Shown here in pieces: positions 9,573 through 18,861 of a stretch of 55,321 bases of DNA. The stretch is from Lachnospiraceae bacterium UBA3386 (GTDB lineage Bacteria > Bacillota > Clostridia > Lachnospirales > Lachnospiraceae): NCBI GenBank assembly GCA_002358875.1, contig DEPS01000076.1, forward strand, positions 2,486-57,806, read 5' to 3'. Below the pieces are notes generated by a model, which searched no databases, was not told the DNA's origin, and saw only the letters and a list, made by a program, of their open reading frames with translations. The position numbers and the translations under genes are program-made. Each line of letters opens with the position of its first letter. The first letter of the stretch is position 1.

Positions 9573-11084
9573 ATGAATAAACTCGCAAAAAACTACCTCT
9601 ATACAGGCGGCTATCAGATCTTAAATATTCTGATCATGCTGGTCACGACGCCCTACCTGACCCGGGTCCTGGGAAGCGGGAGCCTTGGGATCGACAGCTT
9701 TGTCCTGTCGGTCGTGCAGATCTGCGAGGTGATGGGTTCCCTGGGAACAACGATCTACGGAAACCGTGAGATCGCATATGTACGCGGAGATAAAAGAAAG
9801 CTTTCGAAGGTCTTTTATGAGCTGTTTTTCCTTCGCATCCTGCTATGCGCCTCAGTCTGTGTGATCTACCTTGCGATCGCGTTTTTGTCACGCTACCGGG
9901 TCGTGTTCCTGATTCAGCTGATCACCCTGGTCAGCTATTTTCTGGATGTCTCCTGGCTCTACATAGGCCTTGAGGATGTAAAGCCGGTCACGATCTGCAG
10001 TGCGCTTGCCAGGATCGGGGCGGTCGGGATGATCCTTTTCTTTGTGAAGGGGCCTCAGGATCTGCCCCTGTATGTTGCAATTTCCTCGGTAAGCCAGGCG
10101 CTCATTACGACGCTCCTGCTTGCCGGCTGCATCGGGCGGATCGAGAGGGTCAGCCTGTTTCAAAGAAGAACCGTGCGAAAATACGGTATGGGATCAGCCG
10201 GCGCTCTTTCGGGAGAGGCAGCCAGGGACGGTGGACTAACTGTTTCCGGGCTTGATCTGCGCCGCCACCTCAGACCGGTCGCCGCTCTTTTTCTGCCGCA
10301 GGCGGCCTCTTCGCTGTATGTGATATTCGACAAGACCATGCTCGGGCTTTTAGCCTCGGATGTCTCCCGGACTTCGATTTACGATAAGGCGGAGATGATC
10401 GTAAAAGCTCCCGTTGTGCTGGCTGCGGCCATGACATCTGTGCTCATGCCGCGCATCGCGAACTGCCACGCCCGGGGCAGAAAAGACGAGATCCGGAATC
10501 TGGTATGCCGTGCCCTGGATCTGATGCTGTTACTGTTTATACCCGTAAGCACCGGTATGGCTGTGGTTGCCCGGATATTCATACCTTTTTACCTTGGAAC
10601 GGGATACACGGACAGTGTGCGTGTTGTGTGGATCCTGTCTCCCGTGATCCTGGCGATCGCGCTGAGCAACGTGAGCGGCGCCCAGTTTCTGATCGGCTGC
10701 AATAAGACGAGGAGTCTTGCTGTCTCTTATTGTGCCAGCGCATTATTTAATATTGTGGGCAATTGCCTGCTCATCCCCTGGCTGGACGAAGCAGGAGCCT
10801 CTGTCACGACTCTCCTTGCCGAATGGATGGTAGTAGCAATTCAGTTTTATACAATGAGAAAGCTCCTGGGAAGACTCGGAATCTTTGAGATCGCAGTTAA
10901 AAAAGTCGCCGCTGCCGCTGTTATGTGCGCGGTCATTATTCCTCTCGGGCATTTCGGTTCTTCTGTCATGGTCATGCTTATGCAGATAGCGGCCGGCGCG
11001 GCTGTCTATTTCCTGTTTTTGGCGGTTATGCGGGACACAGGCTTTTTGTTTGTCCTGAGGATGCTTCGTGGAATGAGGCGGTAG
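9573..11084 (+). CDS. Wzx-type flippase
   Basis: Multi-pass hydrophobic protein; 'KNYLY...TTPYLTRVLG', 'YGNREIA', 'FDKTMLG', 'LMPRIA'. Confidence 0.88.
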   Translation: MNKLAKNYLYTGGYQILNILIMLVTTPYLTRVLGSGSLGIDSFVLSVVQICEVMGSLGTTIYGNREIAYVRGDKRKLSKVFYELFFLRILLCASVCVIYLAIAFLSRYRVVFLIQLITLVSYFLDVSWLYIGLEDVKPVTICSALARIGAVGMILFFVKGPQDLPLYVAISSVSQALITTLLLAGCIGRIERVSLFQRRTVRKYGMGSAGALSGEAARDGGLTVSGLDLRRHLRPVAALFLPQAASSLYVIFDKTMLGLLASDVSRTSIYDKAEMIVKAPVVLAAAMTSVLMPRIANCHARGRKDEIRNLVCRALDLMLLLFIPVSTGMAVVARIFIPFYLGTGYTDSVRVVWILSPVILAIALSNVSGAQFLIGCNKTRSLAVSYCASALFNIVGNCLLIPWLDEAGASVTTLLAEWMVVAIQFYTMRKLLGRLGIFEIAVKKVAAAAVMCAVIIPLGHFGSSVMVMLMQIAAGAAVYFLFLAVMRDTGFLFVLRMLRGMRR

Positions 11085-11115
11085 ATCTTTGCCGCACGGC
11101 TGCAGGAGGCAGTCT

Positions 11116-12153
11116 ATGTTGAAAAAAAGGCAGAAAGCCCCTGAGACAGAAGAGTACATTTTTAAAAAGGCTTCTGTGATCATTCCCGTGTACAACGGCG
11201 AAAAGTTCCTGCGGCACTGTGTCGGTGAAGTTTTTTCCCAGACCTACCGCAATATCGAGCTGATCGCCATTGACGACGGATCTTCGGACGGGTCTGCGGC
11301 ACTCCTTCAAAAACTTGCGGAGGAAAGTCCTGCCCATGTTGATCTGCGGGTTTTTTCACAGGAAAATGCCGGCATCTGCACGACAAGAAACCGGGGGCTG
11401 GATCTTGCATCGGGCCAATATATCTTTTTTATGGATCAGGATGACCATATCAGGAAGGACTATATTGCGACAATGGTTTCCGCTTTAGAGCGGGAGAGAG
11501 CAGATATGGTGATCGGAGGCTATGCCCTCATCGATGAGAAGGGGCGGGTCCTCGAAAGATGGAAGCTCAGAAGCGGCCTGCCGTGGAACAAATACCGCAT
11601 TACCGCTCCCTGGGGAAGAGTCTTTCGCGGGGAAGTGATTCGAGACAACAATGTCCGTTTCACGCAGACGAAGATCAGTGAAGATTTTTACTTTAATCTC
11701 GTCTGCATGAGTTATTGCCGGAAGATTTCCGTTACGCCCTATATCGGATATGCCTGGACTTACCGGGCCGCTTCCGAATCCCATCAGGGGATGCGCCGGC
11801 AGGAGGAGGACAGAAATCCGCTGCCTATGCTGACGCAGCTCCTTCAGGATATAAAACAGCCCAATATCCTGGAAAAGGAGCTCCTGGAATACATGATTAT
11901 TAAACACCTCATATGGTATCTCCTGTACACGGCAAAGGGGACTCCGGCAGAGATTCTGGCAAAAACCCACGCCGCCTGCTTTGCCTGGCTCCGGGAGCAT
12001 TTCCCTGATTATGAAAAAAACCGGGCTCTGAGAGCCGGCGGTCCCCGAGGTGAGTCTGTAAAAGTCCGGACGATCGTCCGTGTGTCTGTTCTTATGCAGA
12101 AAGCGGATGTTTTCCTTCCGCTCCTTCAGATTTTCGCACATAGTCCGAAATGA
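11116..12153 (+). CDS. GT2 glycosyltransferase
   Basis: SVIIPVYN, IDDGSSD, RNRGL, DQDD, SED; start moved to ATG 11116 behind SD AGGAGG. Confidence 0.9.
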   Translation: MLKKRQKAPETEEYIFKKASVIIPVYNGEKFLRHCVGEVFSQTYRNIELIAIDDGSSDGSAALLQKLAEESPAHVDLRVFSQENAGICTTRNRGLDLASGQYIFFMDQDDHIRKDYIATMVSALERERADMVIGGYALIDEKGRVLERWKLRSGLPWNKYRITAPWGRVFRGEVIRDNNVRFTQTKISEDFYFNLVCMSYCRKISVTPYIGYAWTYRAASESHQGMRRQEEDRNPLPMLTQLLQDIKQPNILEKELLEYMIIKHLIWYLLYTAKGTPAEILAKTHAACFAWLREHFPDYEKNRALRAGGPRGESVKVRTIVRVSVLMQKADVFLPLLQIFAHSPK

Positions 12154-12236
12154 CAAAAAACGTTTAACTGCCCTCAGGTATTCACAGAGTTTTTAAAGAT
12201 TTCAGAAAAGATTTACAAAACAGGAGACGACAAAAG

Positions 12237-13127
12237 ATGGTAAATGTCCTGATCTCCACGTATAATGGTGAAAAATATATCCGCGAGCAGATCGATAGCA
12301 TTCTTGCCCAGTCTTATCCGGATATCCGGATCTATGTCCGGGACGACGGCTCCACGGACGGCACGATCAAGATCCTCTGGGAATACAGTGAAAAGGGGTT
12401 AATCCGTCTCTCACGCGGCAAAAATGCGGGCTACGGCCGAAGCTTCGGTCGGCTCTTAAAGGCCGCGAAGGAGGGAGATTACTGGGCTTTTTGTGACCAG
12501 GATGATATATGGCTCCCCGACAAGGTCAAATGGGCCGTGGAATGGTTGGAAAAGCAGCCGGCAGACGTCCCAGCGCTTTTCGGGAGCGCCTATGAGCTCA
12601 CGGACGAGTCAATGGAGACCGTGACGGGAAAGGCCATGCCTCCTGCCTACAAAGTCGATTTCAGAAGAGCGCTCACAGAATGTGTCTATATGGGATTTGC
12701 CATGACCATCAACCGGCCTCTGCGCGACCTCATGCTCAAAGCGGACATGGAGGAAGTTACTTCCCATGACTGGTGGGCCTGGATCCTGGCGGAACGGTTC
12801 GGCGTTCACTGTTTTGACGGGCGGATCGCCGCCAGACACAGAAGACTTGACACCAGTGTTTCAGGCATGAGCATGAAGAACCGTTTTAAATGGCTGGCTC
12901 ATACTATCAGAACGGGGGACACCGGCATCACCTCCTGCGCCAGAGCTTACACAAAGACATTCGGAAACGAAATGAATGACAAGGAGGCGGAATATGCCCG
13001 CTGGTTCGCCCGGCAGGGGTTCCGCCCTGACTACGCCCTCAAAAAGGCCCTTTATCCGGGCCGCTGGCGGCCTGAGCTCAGCTCGGAGATCGTCCTGCGC
13101 ATGCTGATGCTCCTGGGACGGGTATAA
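12237..13127 (+). CDS. GT2 glycosyltransferase, RgpB/rhamnosyltransferase-like
   Basis: LISTYNGEKYIREQIDSIL, RDDGSTD, FCDQDDIW, HDWW. Confidence 0.88.
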   Translation: MVNVLISTYNGEKYIREQIDSILAQSYPDIRIYVRDDGSTDGTIKILWEYSEKGLIRLSRGKNAGYGRSFGRLLKAAKEGDYWAFCDQDDIWLPDKVKWAVEWLEKQPADVPALFGSAYELTDESMETVTGKAMPPAYKVDFRRALTECVYMGFAMTINRPLRDLMLKADMEEVTSHDWWAWILAERFGVHCFDGRIAARHRRLDTSVSGMSMKNRFKWLAHTIRTGDTGITSCARAYTKTFGNEMNDKEAEYARWFARQGFRPDYALKKALYPGRWRPELSSEIVLRMLMLLGRV

Positions 13128-13146
13128 ATAAAGGAAAGGACGATCC

Positions 13147-16100
13147 ATGAATCTGAGAGATAAGGCAGAGCAGGTGCTTCGCATCTCTTCCGGAGTTTTT
13201 TCGGATATAGGGGACGAGCTTAAGAGAAGACCCATGGAACCCTATCTTCGGGTCTATCTTGTATGCTGCGTCATTTTATTCTGGACGGTCCTGTCCTGCT
13301 CCCATAAGGCGTTTTATTACGAAACGGATACGCCGGCACAGCTGTCCTTTTACAGGATGGAATCCGGCGAGCTCATTACCCAGGACCTGCCCGCGGGGAA
13401 AAAGACGCTGAAGGATCTGCATATCTGCTTTGGGACTTTCGGAAAGAGCAATGAGGGAGAACTTGCCGTCTGTCTTTATAAAAATGACAAACTTGTCCGG
13501 GAATGGCGCATGGATGCAGGGGAGGTTCAGGACAGCAGTTATCAGACATTTACTCTGGGGCGCCCGGTCAGGATCTCAGACGATGACGCCGTCAGGTTCA
13601 CTGTGCAGCATAACTACACAGGACTAACCATGGAGGAAAACGGACTTGCCGTTCTGACTTCTCCCGGGAATTCATTTACCACTGCTCGTGAATCCGGTAA
13701 AACCGGGACCATAGAAAACAGCGCAGTGAGTTACTTCATGACGCTCGAAGATACCGCCATGCGAGCGGGTGTGCTGTATCCGTTTCTCTTTTTCCTGATC
13801 CTTCTATTTGCCGCAGCGACACTCCTTATTGATCTTAGAAGAGCCGGGATCCGACGGATACTGGTCGGCACGCTTGTGCTGATACTCATTACAGAGGTGG
13901 TATCGACAGATCTTATGCAGCAGATCGTTCGGGAAATCCCTGTCAAGTCCTTTGCGAGGGACAGCACCAGGGCCTCCATCCATCCCGGGGAGACCTGGGA
14001 GGAGACCTTTACGGCTTCGAAAGGTAATTTTTCGACTCTTGAGTTTTCAATCAGCGACACGGAAGGGCGCTCGCACCGCATGCACATCCAGCTTACCGGG
14101 ATCGGGGCCGTTGCTGATTCCGAAGAGAATGATGATGCCGGGAGCCATGGACGGATAGATGACCGGATCTATTATGACAGTGACGTTCCGGGAAGCAGCA
14201 TAATCTCGGGCGGGCCTGCCGGCAAGATCATCCGGATCGACGCAGAGGATATCACTTCAGACAAAGTATTCCCTGCGGGATCCTACCGCATCAGCATTAC
14301 AAATCTCGATGCGGAAAAGACCATCAAGCTGAGCGTTATTGAGGAGACTCTGGAAGGGGAGACGGCACAGACTGATTTTGAGGAAGGGCAGAACGAGGGC
14401 TCTGAAGGTTCTGATAAGGATTCCGGTGAAAATAATGACCTGGATGAAGATGAGGAATCGGACAGCGAGTCGTCCGAAAGTACTTCGGTTTATTCGGAAT
14501 TTGCCTATATGGAATCCAACGTTTATGCGACTGCTTCTTCCGTCACAAATGCGGATTCGGAAGAAGGGACTTCACCCGTCGTCATCCAGAAGCTGAACTA
14601 TGCCCTCCTTCGCAGATCGGATCTTGGGTACAGGATTGCTCTCAGGGTCATTCTCCTTCTGGTTCTGTATGTGCTTTTGATTGGGGGGATGCTCTGCAGG
14701 AAAAAGATCACGACGGCACGTTTTTTTGTTATTTCCGCGACTGCGCTTGGAATCATATATCTGGTCCTGATGCTTCCGTGGAGCGCACCGGACGTCCGGT
14801 CACATTTTCTGGCGGCAAATCGTTTTTCCAATCTGCTGTCAGGAAAGAGTGAGTCCGGGGAGTGGACAGCCAGTGCACAGGAGGCGGCCTATCTTCCCGA
14901 TTCCTGGAGGACGGAAAAGGGAGGACCCTATTATCTGCCAAAAATGCAGGATTACGCTTTTGCTTATGAATTTGACAAAGCTTCTGCGGATATCCTTCTG
15001 AAAACGGAGGCGGAAAAAATACAGAACACGGACACGAGCTCGGACTCGTCTACTGCAGCTGAATCTGAGCAGTACGGGACGGAAAATAAGGAAGCAGGAC
15101 AGAAGAGCGGAACCGTACAGATGTTTGCGGATGAGAAAATGAAGTTTTATTCTGCGCTCAACTATCTGCCGCAGATCCTGGGTCTGACAGCCGGGAGAGC
15201 GCTTGGACTTGGACCATCAGGTACCTTTTCTCTGGCAAGACTGTTTATGCTTGCGGTCTATATTGCGGCCTGCCTGCACGCGATCCGGATAACTCCGGTC
15301 GGAAAATCTGTTTTTGCCGCAGTCGCCCTGCTCCCTGCACCGCTTTCTCTGGCGGGTTCATTTTCCTATGACGCCATGCTGATGGTCTGTGCCCTCTGCT
15401 TCATGGCCGCAGTATTTCGCGCATGCAAAGAGCCCCCGCGGATTTCTTCAATTCTGGAGTGCGCTTTCTGGGCGGCCCTGACAGGAGCAGTCAAAGGAGG
15501 AGGCCATCTTATACTCCTTCCCCTGACACTTATGATCATTGCCCACGCTTCCTTTGTGAAACGGAAGCTGCCGGAAGCGGAGACCCCCTTTCAGGCGGCT
15601 GACAGTGCGTATTCCGTAACGGATACAGGATCTGAAAATAAAAAATCATTCATGGACATGCTGGTCCTGATTCTTCCGATTCTGTGTGCCGGAATCGCGT
15701 CGGTCCTGATCTTCAATGTCCTAAGACCAGCGGACGGACTGTTTCAGTTCGGGACAGCAGGTAGTGGAAAGCTGACATTTTCCTTTGCATTTTTGCATCC
15801 TGTGAAGTTTTTCGACATGATGATGGCAGCTTATCTGGCAGAGGCGGATATCATGATAACCCGTATGGGCGGCATGATGCTGATCGACGAGAGCGGAGAG
15901 GCATTGCCCGGGATCGTCGGTGTCGGACTCCTGATCGTCTCCGCTGTTTTTCCCCTGTATGAGAGGGACAGACTGCGTCTTACAAAAAAAGACAGGGCGA
16001 TCATGCTCGCGGTGATCCTGATCGAGGTGGTTACCACCCCTATGATGCTGCTCAGCTGGACAGATATAAATGCGAGAGCAATTGCCGGCATACATGGAAG

Positions 16101-16275
16101 ATATTTCCTTCCGGTGCTGCCTCTGCTTTTGCTTATTGCTACTAAATACGGACTGCATGATCACAGACGTCCCGATGCCGGAGTCCGGGCAATAGGGAAA
16201 AAATGTATTAAATGGTTCTGTCTGCTGTCCTGTCTGGGCGTCTACTTTATGCTCAGGCATTGTCTGTCGAGATAA
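13147..16275 (+). CDS. Large membrane protein with extracytoplasmic domains and C-terminal DUF2142-like (GT-C-type) domain
   Basis: C-terminal half multi-pass with 'APDxxxH', 'YLPQILG', 'ARL', 'SFSYD', 'GRYFLP'; soluble domains between N-terminal helices. Confidence 0.7.
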   Translation: MNLRDKAEQVLRISSGVFSDIGDELKRRPMEPYLRVYLVCCVILFWTVLSCSHKAFYYETDTPAQLSFYRMESGELITQDLPAGKKTLKDLHICFGTFGKSNEGELAVCLYKNDKLVREWRMDAGEVQDSSYQTFTLGRPVRISDDDAVRFTVQHNYTGLTMEENGLAVLTSPGNSFTTARESGKTGTIENSAVSYFMTLEDTAMRAGVLYPFLFFLILLFAAATLLIDLRRAGIRRILVGTLVLILITEVVSTDLMQQIVREIPVKSFARDSTRASIHPGETWEETFTASKGNFSTLEFSISDTEGRSHRMHIQLTGIGAVADSEENDDAGSHGRIDDRIYYDSDVPGSSIISGGPAGKIIRIDAEDITSDKVFPAGSYRISITNLDAEKTIKLSVIEETLEGETAQTDFEEGQNEGSEGSDKDSGENNDLDEDEESDSESSESTSVYSEFAYMESNVYATASSVTNADSEEGTSPVVIQKLNYALLRRSDLGYRIALRVILLLVLYVLLIGGMLCRKKITTARFFVISATALGIIYLVLMLPWSAPDVRSHFLAANRFSNLLSGKSESGEWTASAQEAAYLPDSWRTEKGGPYYLPKMQDYAFAYEFDKASADILLKTEAEKIQNTDTSSDSSTAAESEQYGTENKEAGQKSGTVQMFADEKMKFYSALNYLPQILGLTAGRALGLGPSGTFSLARLFMLAVYIAACLHAIRITPVGKSVFAAVALLPAPLSLAGSFSYDAMLMVCALCFMAAVFRACKEPPRISSILECAFWAALTGAVKGGGHLILLPLTLMIIAHASFVKRKLPEAETPFQAADSAYSVTDTGSENKKSFMDMLVLILPILCAGIASVLIFNVLRPADGLFQFGTAGSGKLTFSFAFLHPVKFFDMMMAAYLAEADIMITRMGGMMLIDESGEALPGIVGVGLLIVSAVFPLYERDRLRLTKKDRAIMLAVILIEVVTTPMMLLSWTDINARAIAGIHGRYFLPVLPLLLLIATKYGLHDHRRPDAGVRAIGKKCIKWFCLLSCLGVYFMLRHCLSR

Positions 16276-16332
16276 ATTTCTGACATGGGATATTTTTTAA
16301 GGTCATAATTGTAAAAAAAGAGCAGGAAAGAA

Positions 16333-17448
16333 ATGGCTGAAAACAGTGTGGAAAAAATAAGCGTCCGGATCCCGGTGATCATTCCTGCCTATGAGCCGGA
16401 CGAACGGCTTTTGCAGCTTCTGGACAGCTTTGCGGCGCAGGGAATTTCGGATGTAATACTGATTGACGACGGAAGCGGGGAAGCCTACAGGGAGATCTTT
16501 GCAAAAGCAAAAGAGAAAATTTCTCTTTTTTGCGGGACTTTGCTCCGGCATGAGGTGAACAGGGGAAAGGGACGGGCTTTAAAAACGGCTTTTGCATATG
16601 TTCTTGATCATTATCCTGACGCCATTGGAGCTGTCACGGCGGATTCGGACGGGCAGCATACAGTAGAGTGTATCCGGGCTGTCATGAAAAAGCTTTATGA
16701 AGAGCCTGCGGCTCTCGTTCTGGGCGTCCGTGCTTTTGACGGGGAGGAGGTTCCCTGGAAGAGCGCTTTTGGAAACGGGCTTACCAGAAAGGTACTTGGA
16801 TACGTGGCCGGAGTCCATGTGAGCGATACACAGACAGGCCTGCGGGGCATTCCCAGGGGGTTTATGAAGGAGCTTTTGGATGTTCCCGGCGAGCGCTTTG
16901 AGTTCGAGACTCAGATGCTTCTGGCAGCAGCCGGAAAATATAAGATCCTGGAAGTTCCGATCCGGACGATCTACGATTCCAAGGAAAATCACCAGACCCA
17001 TTTTAATCCTCTGAAGGATTCTGTCAGGATCTACCGGATCCTGGGAGCCAGGTTTTTTAAATATATAGCCGCGTCGCTTTCCTCCAGTATTATCGACCTT
17101 GTCCTCTTTACACTGTTCTGTTATATCCTGAAGGGGAACATGCAGAAACTGCCGGGGGTGCTTGGCGGGATCCCTTATGTTGCGGCGGCGACAGTCCTGG
17201 CCCGTATTCTGTCTGCGACCTACAATTTTCTGGTAAATTACAGAGTTGTTTTCCGCAGCGATGAGAAAATGGGCAGGTCTGCTGTCCGTTATGTTCTGCT
17301 TGCGGTTATCCAGATGTGTCTGAGCGCAGTTCTTGTGACAGGGGCTGTTTATCTTCTTAAGGCAGTACCGGAAGTGGTTATCAAGGCTGTCATCGACACA
17401 ATACTTTTCCTGATCAGTTACTATGTACAGAGAAAGTATGTATTCTGA
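16333..17448 (+). CDS. GT2 glycosyltransferase-GtrA family flippase fusion
   Basis: N-terminal IIPAYEP, DDGSG, NRGKG, DSDGQH, DTQTGLR; C-terminal four-helix GtrA-like domain (FFKY...DL...NFLVN...VF). Confidence 0.88.
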   Translation: MAENSVEKISVRIPVIIPAYEPDERLLQLLDSFAAQGISDVILIDDGSGEAYREIFAKAKEKISLFCGTLLRHEVNRGKGRALKTAFAYVLDHYPDAIGAVTADSDGQHTVECIRAVMKKLYEEPAALVLGVRAFDGEEVPWKSAFGNGLTRKVLGYVAGVHVSDTQTGLRGIPRGFMKELLDVPGERFEFETQMLLAAAGKYKILEVPIRTIYDSKENHQTHFNPLKDSVRIYRILGARFFKYIAASLSSSIIDLVLFTLFCYILKGNMQKLPGVLGGIPYVAAATVLARILSATYNFLVNYRVVFRSDEKMGRSAVRYVLLAVIQMCLSAVLVTGAVYLLKAVPEVVIKAVIDTILFLISYYVQRKYVF

Positions 17449-17523
17449 GACCAAGATGGCCAGGCGCCTTTTCTGCCTGTGCGCTGCAAAGGGAAAATAA
17501 CAGAAAAACAGGGGGAATAGGCT

Positions 17524-18861
17524 GTGCTTTCTAAACGCGGAGGTGAAGGTAAGAGAAAGGCTGCAGAGTATTTTCTGGCAGCCATGGTGTTCATTGTCTT
17601 TTTGATCATCATTTATCGCATACACATCCCGATGGAGATCGTTTCCGATGATGCTTATAACCTGGAACACGGGCTTAACCGCAGTAATGTTTTCGAATGG
17701 ATAAGAGACAGGTTTTACAGCAACGGAAAATTTCTGACGGACGGTGCTGCTCTGCTTTTGTATCTGATCCCCTTCAATGCGTGGAAAGTGCTGGATACCT
17801 TAGTATACGGCGTCATCCTTTTTATGCTGTGGCGTCTGTTTACTGACCGGTCTGTCGTGATGCTGGCCATATGCGCAGGACTGGAAGCAGCTTTTCCGAT
17901 CTTTTTTCTGATGCGTTCGGCAGGATATATAGCTACTTCAGCCAACTATGTATATGCTGTCGCGGCTCTTCTTTTAGGGATGGCACCGCTTGTAAGGACA
18001 ATCCGGAGAGAGGGCGTCAGTGTTTTGCTGTTTGTTCTGTCATTGATGGGGATTATTTTTTCGTCGAATCAGGATCAGACAGCGATGATCGCCATAGGCG
18101 GATTCTTAATGACCGGGATCCTGTACTTTTTAAAAAATAAGGCGCATGGGAAAGGTTTATACAGAAGAGTGTTGGCGGTAAGCTCGGTTTACTTTTTGAT
18201 CTCACTTGCCGCTTATATACTGATGTTCCTGACACCGGGGCATATAGCCCGGATGAAAAGTACGGCAGAGATGGAGTACTATCTTCCCCAGTTTGCAGGC
18301 TGGAGCACCGGCTTTAAGCTTTACCGCGGCATGGCGACGACCTTTGCCTGGCTGTTTTTCAGCCAGCCGGTCCTTTTGAGGCTGTTTTGTCTGGAACTTC
18401 TTGCAGTCTGCTGCATCAGAAAGACGAAGGCTGTCATTTTTCCCATCCTCCTGACGGCAGTACTTTTCGTGGTCAGTATGCAGGACAGCAGCCATTTTGT
18501 GATCGTGCATGAGTATGCATACTACATGCCGGACCTCAAGCCGGTTCAGACAGATCCCGGCGGACTGATCCTGAGCATTGTGCTCCTGGCATTGATGATA
18601 TTGTCGGTCCTGGCTTTGTGGCGGTCCGACAGGGATCTGTGTGCCTGGCTGGTCATTTTGAATATACTTGGCTTTGGTTCCAGATTTATGATGGGTTTTT
18701 CAGCCACACTGTACGCTTCTTCCTTCAGAACATTCACACCTCAGCTTTTCTGCTTTATGATCTGCTGCATACTGCTTGCGGGCGATTTTCTGGACAGACT
18801 GGCGGTCCTGACAGCAAAACGTCTTTCATTCACCCATCCGCAGAGGAAGAAAAAGACATAA
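17524..18861 (+). CDS. Polytopic membrane protein, probable GT-C glycosyltransferase (DUF6056-like)
   Basis: First TM followed by acidic 'SDD' loop, 'ANY', 'PG..AR', about 11 hydrophobic segments; follows the GT2-GtrA gene. Confidence 0.6.
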   Translation: MLSKRGGEGKRKAAEYFLAAMVFIVFLIIIYRIHIPMEIVSDDAYNLEHGLNRSNVFEWIRDRFYSNGKFLTDGAALLLYLIPFNAWKVLDTLVYGVILFMLWRLFTDRSVVMLAICAGLEAAFPIFFLMRSAGYIATSANYVYAVAALLLGMAPLVRTIRREGVSVLLFVLSLMGIIFSSNQDQTAMIAIGGFLMTGILYFLKNKAHGKGLYRRVLAVSSVYFLISLAAYILMFLTPGHIARMKSTAEMEYYLPQFAGWSTGFKLYRGMATTFAWLFFSQPVLLRLFCLELLAVCCIRKTKAVIFPILLTAVLFVVSMQDSSHFVIVHEYAYYMPDLKPVQTDPGGLILSIVLLALMILSVLALWRSDRDLCAWLVILNILGFGSRFMMGFSATLYASSFRTFTPQLFCFMICCILLAGDFLDRLAVLTAKRLSFTHPQRKKKT

